Source of the DNA: a virus
Virus record (IMG/VR): IMGVR_UViG_3300038427_000053
Direction: 5' to 3' (one strand)
Length of the DNA stretch: 22,014 bases
Shown here: positions 1-8,469 of the stretch, piece by piece
How the letters are laid out: every line of letters starts with the position of its first letter
How positions within the stretch are numbered: the first letter of the stretch is position 1
Position numbers and translations under genes: made by a program
Notes under the pieces: model-generated
The model's input: the letters and a program-made list of their open reading frames with translations, nothing else
Told to the model about the DNA's origin: nothing
Database searches by the model: none

Positions 1-2
1 CA

Positions 3-1283
3 GTCGCCAGTGGGGGCACCGCTCCTATCGGAACACAGCCTCCGGGGACGGTCCCGCCACCTTCTACGGTCTATGTCTACGGACCACAAGGGGCGTTTGG
101 ACCGGCTGGACCTACGGGGCCTACTGGACCTACCGGAGCATCATACGGGGCTACGCCGCCGACGATTGTGCAAGTGGCAGAGATCATCTATCAGACTGAC
201 CCGGCCTATCCGACAGCCGTGGGATGGACTGCACACTTTGCGGCTACTCCTACTCTAGGCAATCTGCTTATTATGGGGATTATTTCTTCGGGCGGAACTC
301 CTCCGTCTTCCCCTTCGGGATTTTCTCAATATTACCTATCAGCGGAGATTACTGGTGGAGCGTTGTCAGGCTACGCACAATCTTGTGGACGCCTTGTGCA
401 GGCCGGAGACGGCCCTACGTGGACCGGCACAGCGCCTTCCACGGCCTTCACTGTGTTTATGGTGGAAATGCACGATGCGGTTTTGTCGAGCGATGTGGCT
501 GGCGGGCTGTCAGTGGCAGGTTCCGTGGCAACACTGGCGTCGCCGGACTTCCAATATGCGGCTGTGGTGTTTGTGCAGACTCTAGCCGACAAGACTGGCG
601 GGACGCAGTATTTGACGGCAATGTCGCCTGCGTCGTATGACTACGTTTACGCTTATGAGACGGTGACGAACGCTGGTTATGGGAGTTTTGGAGACGACAC
701 GAACGGACATGATGCTTATGTGTTCTGGTCTTCGTTCTATGAAGTGCCCGGTGATGTAATTAGAGAGACGTACACGCAGATCACCGATGGACTTTATCAC
801 ATCGTTGTTATACCTTCTTCGTTGGGACCCGGCGGGTCGTCCGGCGCACAGGGCGCTCCGGGAGAAGGTGGGATGGTCTGGAAAACTGAGAAACTCTTTC
901 TAGGCTATTTTAAGACTGGCGGTAGTGTTGCGGTTGCAGACATTCCAGCGAATTATACCAGCCCGATTGATGGCACGGTGTACACGGACCAGTCTCGTGT
1001 GTTGTATTACATTTGTGAGTTCGTTTGTCCGCGTAATCCTGCGCCGCCTTTCATCAATGGGCAGGGAGCAACTCCGAGTATTTCTTCAAGTTCTCCGTTA
1101 AATTTTCGAGGTAGGTTGTGGTACTACCACGCGAATGTCCAGTACGATGATCCGTCTGCGGATGATTATCTGACGGTGCAAATCTTCTCTGGCTACTGGA
1201 ACGGGGAGAATGAACAAGATTCGACTGCTGGTTTTTGCAAGGTTTACGTGGTCATGAACGCAGACGGTATGCCGCGCACGTAA
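3..1283 (+). CDS. Collagen-containing tail/fibre structural protein, 5'-truncated
   Basis: The frame of ORF 168..1283 is open back to base 3 (VASGGTAPIGTQPPGTVPPPSTVYVYGPQGAFGPAGPTGPTGPTGAS...), so the true start lies upstream of the window. It has a Gly-X-Y tract, G/S/T-rich beta-type domains, and a second short Gly tract (GSSGAQGAPGEG). Confidence 0.75.
   Translation, partial: VASGGTAPIGTQPPGTVPPPSTVYVYGPQGAFGPAGPTGPTGPTGASYGATPPTIVQVAEIIYQTDPAYPTAVGWTAHFAATPTLGNLLIMGIISSGGTPPSSPSGFSQYYLSAEITGGALSGYAQSCGRLVQAGDGPTWTGTAPSTAFTVFMVEMHDAVLSSDVAGGLSVAGSVATLASPDFQYAAVVFVQTLADKTGGTQYLTAMSPASYDYVYAYETVTNAGYGSFGDDTNGHDAYVFWSSFYEVPGDVIRETYTQITDGLYHIVVIPSSLGPGGSSGAQGAPGEGGMVWKTEKLFLGYFKTGGSVAVADIPANYTSPIDGTVYTDQSRVLYYICEFVCPRNPAPPFINGQGATPSISSSSPLNFRGRLWYYHANVQYDDPSADDYLTVQIFSGYWNGENEQDSTAGFCKVYVVMNADGMPRT
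81..143 (+). repeat. Collagen-like (Gly-X-Y)7 coding repeat
   Basis: GPQ GAF GPA GPT GPT GPT GAS, read directly in frame 3. Confidence 0.85.
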
Positions 1284-1293
1284 TGGTGAATCT

Positions 1294-2016
1294 ATGGCAA
1301 CTCTTTTGAAGATTGTTGAGTGGGCACGGCCCTTCATCTCGAATTTGTTTTTGTTTGTGGATGGAAGCATTGAGCCTGCAATCACAAACGCCAATACTAT
1401 TTTGGGAACGATGCTTGGCCCTCCTTTCGTGTGGCCGTGGAATCGGAACACGCTCACCTTCACTTGCACAGTTGGAGAAACGGACACCGAAAAAACAGGC
1501 GTTAACGATTGGGGGTTTGCTGAGTCGGGGTATTTGAGCGTACCAGCGTCGGCTGCTTCCGATGCGAAAAATATCTACCAGCTTCAACCTCAGCGACAGA
1601 TCGAGATGTCATATCAGCCCGGTCGCCCGAGTTTGGTGAGTGAATTTTTGGATGACCAAGCTGGCACGATTACTTTCCGGCTTGGGTCTTCATGCCCTGA
1701 TCTTGCGTACCCGGTTGTGATTACGTACCAGAAGGGCGTGGAGTTGTTGACTGCTGTAGGAACCGATTTGCCGTTGCCGGATAAGGTATTGCACATTTTT
1801 CGATATGGATTTTTGGCACTGGCAATGTTGTACGATCAAGATTCGCGGTTTGCCGAGATCAATCAGAAGTTCATCGCTACTTTGCTTGGCTCGCAGCAAG
1901 GTCTTGACGAGATCACACGCAACATTTTCTTGAATGATTGGATGGGCTTGCTTGCTACGCAAGCATCGCTTGGTCCACATACACAGCAAGGGCACTCAGC
2001 ACGAGGTTCAATGTAA
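1294..2016 (+). CDS. Putative head-tail adaptor (tail tubular protein A-like)
   Basis: 240 aa, directly upstream of and TAATG-coupled to the hub/nozzle gene. WPWNR and YGFLALA motifs and a helical C-terminus are typical of podovirus adaptor proteins; the call rests mainly on synteny. Confidence 0.6.
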   Translation: MATLLKIVEWARPFISNLFLFVDGSIEPAITNANTILGTMLGPPFVWPWNRNTLTFTCTVGETDTEKTGVNDWGFAESGYLSVPASAASDAKNIYQLQPQRQIEMSYQPGRPSLVSEFLDDQAGTITFRLGSSCPDLAYPVVITYQKGVELLTAVGTDLPLPDKVLHIFRYGFLALAMLYDQDSRFAEINQKFIATLLGSQQGLDEITRNIFLNDWMGLLATQASLGPHTQQGHSARGSM

Positions 2017-5000
2017 TGGCAAATGCTCTTCTAGCAGCGGGTGCTGTCCCGAAGGGGCAGACCCATTGGGCACCTATCTTTTCCAATGAGTTCTTTTCCG
2101 GCCTTTGGACAAACCGAAATCCTCTTCGTGACCCTGCTACACCTTTCATCTACGGCAAGTTTTATTCGGCGTCTCGGTATGAGGCTTTGTGGGACGGCTT
2201 GAACACTGAAGTTTCGCCTCGTTTGACGTTGATTCGCGCCCCCGGACATTCTGTTTTCAATGCCAATACTTTTCCTTTCCTAAATGACTTCTACAGCTAC
2301 CAAGTCGATGGCGTTAACCGTCCGAACTTCGTGCGCCTTGTGGCGGACTCCGCAGACTACGTGTACGATCTGTACGACGCAACGACAGAGACGGATTCTG
2401 TAGCAGGGACTAACACTGGTCAAACGATACTTTTTACTAAGTCAGCAGGCGCAGGCCAGACGCGGTTTTTGAGCGTAGGCAACACCTTGTACATAGGGAA
2501 CGGTGTCGATAAATACCAGTATTTGACCTCCGGTTTTAAGTGGAAGGCTGGTTATGCGATGCCTTCCGGAGCATTCATTGTTGACGGAAATGGAAACATC
2601 CAGTTGGCGCTTGGCGTCACTGTGCCCTGCACAAACATCGTCATCAATGGTGGAACGCTGACAGCGACCGTCAACTATTTGGAAGACGGCCTCGGGAACA
2701 CCTTGCTTCAAGCGGGAACGCAGATTGTTTTGGAAAACATGAACTCGGCGTTTTTGAATGGTATGAGTTTGGTAGTGACCTCTGTATCGGCGACCGGCCC
2801 TACTATTACAGCGACTATCGCGTCCAGTGCAATTCCGAGTGGTGAAAATGAGAATCCCGGAGCGGATGGTGTCAATACTGGGTTTGTTGTTATCCAATCT
2901 TTGAATGGGATGCTAGGTTCTACTGCGCCTACCTTCAATACGAATTTCAACGGGCTGACGCTGGACAACAATGGTGCGACTCCGGGAACAAATCTGTGGC
3001 AGATGAAAGGCCCGGCGCTGCGCCGGTGGGGGATTGACTCTCCGACAACGATCATTACGCCGACAAATGCCATCAACACTTCGGTAGCTTCGACATGGGC
3101 AGCCAACACGTATTACATGCCGTCCGTTTTGCCTCAGACCGGACCCATGATCGTAGTGGGAAACTACATCTGGCAGTTGATTGCAGGCGGAACCACAGGA
3201 GGAACTCCGTCTTTTCCGGGCAGTCCGACAGTTGGAAGTACGACTTACACAGATGGTGGGGCTACTTGGAAGTGTGTGGCGGCGAAGACTCGGTTGCTTT
3301 CTCATGCTTATGCGCTTGGTGCTCTCATTGCGGTGACGTGGACTGTCACCAACTTAGTGACGGTGCAAGTTCCAAACCCTCCAAGTTATGGTCCTTATGG
3401 TCCTTATGGAGGTTCAGGAACAACTACTACTTATACTTATACTTATACGTACACAGCAGTTTTTCAATGCACTACTGCTGGCACTACGTCAAACGTGGCT
3501 GACAGCGGCGTTACTGGAAACAACCCTTCTCCGGCGTGGAACTCCGCACTAAAGGCGTATGTATCAGATGGGTCCGTGGTGTGGCAGAACATCGGGCTAG
3601 GCATCACACGGACAGATTCGGCGACAACCGGACCTGTGATGACAAGTAGCGATGACTATACTAATGTTATGACTGTTGGTAATATTGGAAATAGTATAGC
3701 GGTGTCGTTGCTCGGGCAGGTTCTTGACTCGAACGGCGCAATTGAGATTGTAAACATTGGTGGGCTGTCAGGCCCCGGACCTACAGCACCTTCTAGTGGG
3801 TGGAGTCAAATAGAGGGTGGTTCTACAACCGATAATCAGATTACATGGATTAATGGTGGGTCTAGCGCTGCCGTTGGGGGCATTGCAGCAGGAACGGCTA
3901 GCTGGTACTATACCTATGCCTATGTAGACGACATTACCGGATCGGTAGGGCAAGCAGCGCCCTTGTCTCCGGCGATTGTGCTTGCGCAGAACAGCTATGT
4001 CCAAGTTCAAGGTGCGTACTACATTCCTCCGTCTGGCCCTTATAATCGAATCGGAACCATTAATATCTATCGGACTCCGCAAGGTGGGCCAATCGCATAT
4101 TTGATCGCGCAAATTCCAAACGTGCCTACTGCGCAAGGGCCATGGACGTACAACGATTACTCGCCGGACCAAGGATCACCGGGTTCGACGATGAATAATC
4201 TTTTGAGCGCCGATCTGATTGGCTACAACTCTCCTCCGCCGGATGGTTTCATTCCGATCTGTTTGCACTTGAGCAGTATTTGGGGGTTTGTTGACAATGT
4301 GCTTTACTTCTCCGCAGGCGGAGATGTGACGAACATGAAAGGCGGATGGGAGGCGTTTCCAGCAGGAAACAATCTGTCTTTCCAGAGTACGGGCCATGTG
4401 GGTTGGGGAACAAATAGCGGTTTGTATGTTATCTTGGAAGATAGCATTCAATTGATTGCTGGAACCGCACCTCCATTCAGTCCGTCTCGCGTTGTGGGAA
4501 TTGGTATTCGTAGCCCGAACTGCTTTACGTTGAATGGGCAGAGTCCTTTCTTGTTCACATCCGACCGGCAAGTAATTGGCATCGACCCTAGCGCCGGTTG
4601 CACGGTTGACGGCTTCCCGATTGCGAACTTGCTTGCAGTAGCTCCATTTGATCCTTCGACTTCATACTTGACATGGCACGTTGATGGTACAGACCAGCGG
4701 CTCTTCATTGGAGACGGTGCCAAAGCTGCATCCGGTTCACAGGGCTATTACAACATGATTAACAGCATTACACCCGAGCCTCCAGCGGCGGTATGGTCGC
4801 CTAAGCGTGTAATCGCGGCAGGTTGTGGCTGCATCAAGTCCGTGGAAACATATGCCGGGAAATATCAGATGCTTGTAGCCCCAGCTACCAGTGGGCCTAT
4901 TTTGTACCGCGATATTACAAAGGCTACGGACAATGGTGCAAAGTATGCAGCATGGGCGATTGTAGGCTCGAACGTTTTGGCGCATCCGGGGCAGATTGCT

Positions 5001-5318
5001 GAGATAGGTTTTATTCATCTTGAAGCAGTTCGTACTGGAGGAGTTCCGAAGGTTGCGGTCTTGGTGGGTGAGGTAAGTGGTTGGCCGGGGTGTCCGCCGT
5101 TCGACGATTTGGGGAAGGTAGTGCATGATCCTCCACGGCTGCCTGAGAGTAAAAGTTTGCACTCTAATCGTTATTACATGACGCAAACTGGCAAGCCTGC
5201 GTGGTGTAGGCATCTCCAGATCAAAATTGCATTTGCTATAGAAGATGCTATGAATGAAGTATTATCCTTCACAGCATATGGTGCAATACATTTAGAGCGG
5301 TCGGAGAGTGGAAGATGA
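2016..5318 (+). CDS. Tail hub/nozzle protein (P22 gp10 / T7 gp12-like) with a large inserted repeat region
   Basis: Start moved from 1938 to ATG 2016 (TAATG overlap with the adaptor stop), giving 1100 aa. Beta-propeller-like blades (FLSVGNTLYIGNG; IWGFVDNVLYFS; GLYVILEDSI; LFTSDRQVIG) and an Ig/FN3-like YYTYAY...INIYRT...YND segment. Stop overlaps the next ATG (ATGA). Confidence 0.7.
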   Translation: MANALLAAGAVPKGQTHWAPIFSNEFFSGLWTNRNPLRDPATPFIYGKFYSASRYEALWDGLNTEVSPRLTLIRAPGHSVFNANTFPFLNDFYSYQVDGVNRPNFVRLVADSADYVYDLYDATTETDSVAGTNTGQTILFTKSAGAGQTRFLSVGNTLYIGNGVDKYQYLTSGFKWKAGYAMPSGAFIVDGNGNIQLALGVTVPCTNIVINGGTLTATVNYLEDGLGNTLLQAGTQIVLENMNSAFLNGMSLVVTSVSATGPTITATIASSAIPSGENENPGADGVNTGFVVIQSLNGMLGSTAPTFNTNFNGLTLDNNGATPGTNLWQMKGPALRRWGIDSPTTIITPTNAINTSVASTWAANTYYMPSVLPQTGPMIVVGNYIWQLIAGGTTGGTPSFPGSPTVGSTTYTDGGATWKCVAAKTRLLSHAYALGALIAVTWTVTNLVTVQVPNPPSYGPYGPYGGSGTTTTYTYTYTYTAVFQCTTAGTTSNVADSGVTGNNPSPAWNSALKAYVSDGSVVWQNIGLGITRTDSATTGPVMTSSDDYTNVMTVGNIGNSIAVSLLGQVLDSNGAIEIVNIGGLSGPGPTAPSSGWSQIEGGSTTDNQITWINGGSSAAVGGIAAGTASWYYTYAYVDDITGSVGQAAPLSPAIVLAQNSYVQVQGAYYIPPSGPYNRIGTINIYRTPQGGPIAYLIAQIPNVPTAQGPWTYNDYSPDQGSPGSTMNNLLSADLIGYNSPPPDGFIPICLHLSSIWGFVDNVLYFSAGGDVTNMKGGWEAFPAGNNLSFQSTGHVGWGTNSGLYVILEDSIQLIAGTAPPFSPSRVVGIGIRSPNCFTLNGQSPFLFTSDRQVIGIDPSAGCTVDGFPIANLLAVAPFDPSTSYLTWHVDGTDQRLFIGDGAKAASGSQGYYNMINSITPEPPAAVWSPKRVIAAGCGCIKSVETYAGKYQMLVAPATSGPILYRDITKATDNGAKYAAWAIVGSNVLAHPGQIAEIGFIHLEAVRTGGVPKVAVLVGEVSGWPGCPPFDDLGKVVHDPPRLPESKSLHSNRYYMTQTGKPAWCRHLQIKIAFAIEDAMNEVLSFTAYGAIHLERSESGR
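3386..3455 (+). repeat. Micro-repeats TTATGGTCC x2.8 and TATACT-type repeats encoding YGPYGPYG and TYTYTYTYT
   Basis: Seen directly: ttatggtcc ttatggtcc ttatgga (3386-3410) and tatact tatact tatacg tacaca (3432-3455). Confidence 0.85.
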
Positions 5319-5788
5319 TTGTTTATCTTATTACTAACCTAATCAATGGTAAACAATATGTAGGAAAAACAACAAGATCATTAAAGGTAAGATGGGCACG
5401 CCATCAGTATGAGGCTATTAGGGGTCGTAAACAGGCTCTTTATTATGCAATTAGGAAATATGGAGCCGTATGTTTTAGTATAGAGGTTTTAGAAGAGGCA
5501 GACCTTAAAACAGAACAAGATATGAATCTTTGTGAGATTCTATATATCAAATTTCTGAATACTAAAGCGCCTAATGGTTATAATTTAACAGATGGTGGTG
5601 AAGGAACTATTGGAAGAGAGGTAAGTCTTGAAACTAGAAATAAACTTAGTAAAGCACTTACAGGAAAACGTGCTTCTCAAGAAACTAAAGATAAAATGAG
5701 AAAAATTTCTTTAGAACGTGGCGCACGTCCTCCGTCTAGAAAAGGAATTGCTCCTTGGAATAAGGGTAGAAATGCCGACACTAGATAA
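5315..5788 (+). CDS. Free-standing GIY-YIG homing endonuclease with NUMOD3-like DNA-binding tail
   Basis: IVYLITNLINGKQYVGKT...RWARH...E...GYNLTDGGEG catalytic domain followed by SLETRNKLS / SQETKDKMR / PWNKG motifs. AT-rich (about 33% GC in line 5341-5400). Confidence 0.93.
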   Translation: MIVYLITNLINGKQYVGKTTRSLKVRWARHQYEAIRGRKQALYYAIRKYGAVCFSIEVLEEADLKTEQDMNLCEILYIKFLNTKAPNGYNLTDGGEGTIGREVSLETRNKLSKALTGKRASQETKDKMRKISLERGARPPSRKGIAPWNKGRNADTR

Positions 5789-6893
5789 GTCAACTCAGAA
5801 GCCGAAGGGAGTAGGCCCAGCAATTACACCTGTGGCACCTACTGCGTTGCCTCCACCAAGTGATGCTAGTACGGTGACGCGCACTACCTTCCCTACTTCT
5901 ACGCCTGTTAGCCCGGACACTTTGAATTTGTGGAATGATCGAAGCGCCGGGCTTCCTACACGAGGGCGGCTGATCCCAGTTACGGCGGCTGGCGCTGGCG
6001 GATCGGGGTCCGGCTCGCAAGGTAGCCAAGGCAACCAAGGTAGTGCTGGAACATCGGGTAGCTCTGTTACAGGGTCGCAAGGCAATCAGGGCAACCAAGG
6101 CAATCAAGGGAACCAATCCTCTGTCGCTGGGCCTCAAGGGAACCAAGGCAATCAAGGTAACCAAGGACCCTTTGCGGGAACATCACTGGTTCAAACTACT
6201 AATCAGAACTCCCATGGGCTAGGGTCTCCCGGAGCGTGGGTCGCAGTCTACTTCGACGAAGGTTCTTCGCTTTGGAAGAAAGCCAAGGCAGACAACGCCA
6301 ACACTCTTGGCTTCGCAATTGCTGTCATCATCGACAGTAATAACTTTTCTCTGTATACCGAAGGACAAATTACTGGCGGCTCTGGTTTGACAGCCGGTGA
6401 GTATTACTTCGTTAGCGACTCTGTTGCAGGCCAATTGACGACCACAGAGCCTACCGCCTCGACGAGCTATTCAAATCCGTTGATGCAAGCAACGTCATCG
6501 ACGACCGCCGTGATGGGGCAGTTTCGGCCAAGTCAGATCGCGCCCTTGACTCCTCAGCCTGTGCCGGTGTTGGTTCAAGCCGGTGCTGGCCCAGTGGCCG
6601 ACCCCGGCGGGAATGATTATTATCTCGCCAACAATTATGGAGTTTTGACATTCAATGTTCCAGCGGGCAGCGTGGTCGGTATGCAGCGTTGCTACTACAA
6701 CTACGTTGGAATTTCCGGCGCGATTACGTTGCAGATGGCAGCTAGCAACAAATGTTCTTTATACGGCGTAGACAGTGGAAGCGCAGGCACAGTTTTTGCA
6801 AGTGGTGTCGCGGGAGATTCGGTTGTTCTGGTCTGTGATGCAACAAATCACTGGACTGCTTTTGTTGTGGCCGGGACGTGGAGTAAAACGTAA
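5772..6893 (+). CDS. Collagen-like modular tail fibre / virion decoration protein
   Basis: Start moved from 5718 to ATG 5772 (after AAGGGT). Pro/Thr/Ser-rich N-terminus, interrupted GSQ/GNQ collagen, a WKKAKAD...GLTAGEYYFVS...GQLTTTEP beta-module common in phage fibres, and a C-terminal GDSVVLV...W...GTW module. Confidence 0.7.
   Translation: MPTLDKSTQKPKGVGPAITPVAPTALPPPSDASTVTRTTFPTSTPVSPDTLNLWNDRSAGLPTRGRLIPVTAAGAGGSGSGSQGSQGNQGSAGTSGSSVTGSQGNQGNQGNQGNQSSVAGPQGNQGNQGNQGPFAGTSLVQTTNQNSHGLGSPGAWVAVYFDEGSSLWKKAKADNANTLGFAIAVIIDSNNFSLYTEGQITGGSGLTAGEYYFVSDSVAGQLTTTEPTASTSYSNPLMQATSSTTAVMGQFRPSQIAPLTPQPVPVLVQAGAGPVADPGGNDYYLANNYGVLTFNVPAGSVVGMQRCYYNYVGISGAITLQMAASNKCSLYGVDSGSAGTVFASGVAGDSVVLVCDATNHWTAFVVAGTWSKT
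6012..6173 (+). repeat. Interrupted Gly-Ser/Asn-Gln collagen repeat
   Basis: GSQ GSQ GNQ GSA GTS GSS VT GSQ (GNQ)4 SSVA GPQ (GNQ)3 GPF; the DNA is built from degenerate 9-mers (ggNaaYcaR). Confidence 0.85.
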
Positions 6894-7531
6894 TGGAGCC
6901 AAGGTCAAGAATTTTGAATGCGCTCAAACACAAGAAGAAGTCAGTAACGGTCATTAGTAATGGCCTTTTCATGGGAAACATTGCTTGGGCTATAGACCTT
7001 GGAGCCGTACCAACTTCTGGCAATCTGTGTATTGCTATGTTTTCTGTTGATGACTCGGTTTTTCCTTGGGATGTGTTTAACGGATGGACACAGCAGGCTT
7101 CATTGAATAGCGGATCGACGGGCGACAATTATTCAGCTTCTAAAGTTGCCGTGCCGGGCGACCCTAGATACCCAGAGTTTCAGGCAGGCTCAAACATTGG
7201 CTCTGCGGATGGTGCGATGGGTGGTTGGCAGTTCCTTGGAGCGCCTACTGTTACATGGGGATCAGGAATTTGCACGGGTGGTGGTGGTACATTTTACACG
7301 CCGACGATTGTATCTGATGCGCTGAGCTATGTGATTATATTCACATCTTGTGAGGGGGCTGCTGTAACAGGCTGGTCGCCCGCAGGCTTTTCTCAGTGGG
7401 GGTATTACCGGGGAAGTTGGGTAGGAGTCATGACAGGAGCTATGAATCAGCCGTTTTCTATGACTTACACCGGCACGCCAACGAATGGGAACATGGTTTA
7501 TTTGTACGCAGTGGTAAATTGGGGAATGTAA
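6893..7531 (+). CDS. Tail accessory beta-sandwich protein (hypothetical)
   Basis: TAATG-coupled, 212 aa, G/S/T/W-rich. Shares a PTxGNLxI...G(W/F)xQ...GD motif with ORF 3..1283. Confidence 0.6.
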   Translation: MEPRSRILNALKHKKKSVTVISNGLFMGNIAWAIDLGAVPTSGNLCIAMFSVDDSVFPWDVFNGWTQQASLNSGSTGDNYSASKVAVPGDPRYPEFQAGSNIGSADGAMGGWQFLGAPTVTWGSGICTGGGGTFYTPTIVSDALSYVIIFTSCEGAAVTGWSPAGFSQWGYYRGSWVGVMTGAMNQPFSMTYTGTPTNGNMVYLYAVVNWGM

Positions 7532-7536
7532 AGACG

Positions 7537-8466
7537 ATGGCACAGACAGCTATAATTCGCGCTCTTGGAGGCTCGCAGGGCTTTCAGGGTAATCAGGGAA
7601 ATCAAGGTAATCAAGGCGCAGCGGGCAGCCAAGGTAACCAAGGCAATCAAGGGACGGCCGGCGCGGCAGGCTCACAAGGTAATCAAGGCGCAGCGGGCAG
7701 CCAAGGTAACCAAGGCAATCAAGGGACGGCCGGCGCGGCAGGCTCACAAGGTAATCAAGGCGCAGCGGGCAGCCAAGGTAACCAAGGCAACCAAGGCAAT
7801 CAGGGTAACACGGGAAGTAGTGGCGGAGTTTATCCTTTTACAGGATTTACCGCTCCTTCTAGTTCGGGATTTGGTTGGGTAAATCAGGGGTCTGCGTCTG
7901 TAACAATACAAAATGGTGTTTTGGTAATGCGCGCCCCCGGAACAGGTGGTGACAGTCTTCGTTTTTACGAAAAAACGTTGCCTACTACGCCGTGGACTAT
8001 AATTGGGGCGTTTGTGAAACGACCAAACTTTTTCATGTATCCGACAACACCGGCGGCGGAACCCGGTGGTTGGTATGACGGAATTGGGCTGTCTGACGGA
8101 ACCAAGTTCTTATTTTTTGGTGTAGCGGATAATAACAGTTATAACACACTTACCAATTTACCAACGCTTAACCTTGATGAATATAGCAATACGACTACTT
8201 TTTCAGGCACTCGTCTTTTTAGTATGAATATCTACATCTGGCCTCCAATTTGGTGGTTCAAAATCTATGATGACGGCACTAATCGAACCTATTGGATAAG
8301 CGTCGATCCAACTAATGCGGGTTGGCAAGAGATTTATACACACGCTCATACTGCATATTTAACTCCTAGTCAGGGGGGCTACATTATGGATGCATGGGAT
8401 GCTCATCTTAATGGTGTTACTGTGACCAGCAATGTTTGGGTTTCGTTTCAGATATTAAGCTCGTAG
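7537..8466 (+). CDS. Collagen-like tail fibre with a C-terminal ConA/L-lectin-like (probable receptor-binding) domain
   Basis: Start moved from 7396 to ATG 7537, just after the upstream stop. 28 uninterrupted Gly-X-Y triplets, then an aromatic-rich beta domain (WFKIYDDGTNRTYWISVD...WQEI) resembling ConA-like lectin folds. Confidence 0.75.
   Translation: MAQTAIIRALGGSQGFQGNQGNQGNQGAAGSQGNQGNQGTAGAAGSQGNQGAAGSQGNQGNQGTAGAAGSQGNQGAAGSQGNQGNQGNQGNTGSSGGVYPFTGFTAPSSSGFGWVNQGSASVTIQNGVLVMRAPGTGGDSLRFYEKTLPTTPWTIIGAFVKRPNFFMYPTTPAAEPGGWYDGIGLSDGTKFLFFGVADNNSYNTLTNLPTLNLDEYSNTTTFSGTRLFSMNIYIWPPIWWFKIYDDGTNRTYWISVDPTNAGWQEIYTHAHTAYLTPSQGGYIMDAWDAHLNGVTVTSNVWVSFQILSS
7603..7790 (+). repeat. Exact 72-bp tandem repeat, about 2.6 copies, within the collagen tract
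   Basis: Unit caaggtaatcaaggcgcagcgggcagccaaggtaaccaaggcaatcaagggacggccggcgcggcaggctca starts at 7603, 7675 and 7747 (third copy 44 bp); the copies are identical. Confidence 0.95.
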
Positions 8467-8469
8467 AAC

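Noticed and set aside
7550-7882. Regular repeats resembling a CRISPR array, and repeat-containing ORFs in other frames
   Set aside because: The units are contiguous with no unique spacers, are multiples of 9 nt, and encode in-frame collagen; the alternative ORFs are shadows of the repeat.
7822-8466. Diversity-generating retroelement variable region in the fibre tip
   Set aside because: I saw no adenine-mismatched template repeat and no reverse transcriptase in the window; a DGR elsewhere in the genome cannot be excluded.
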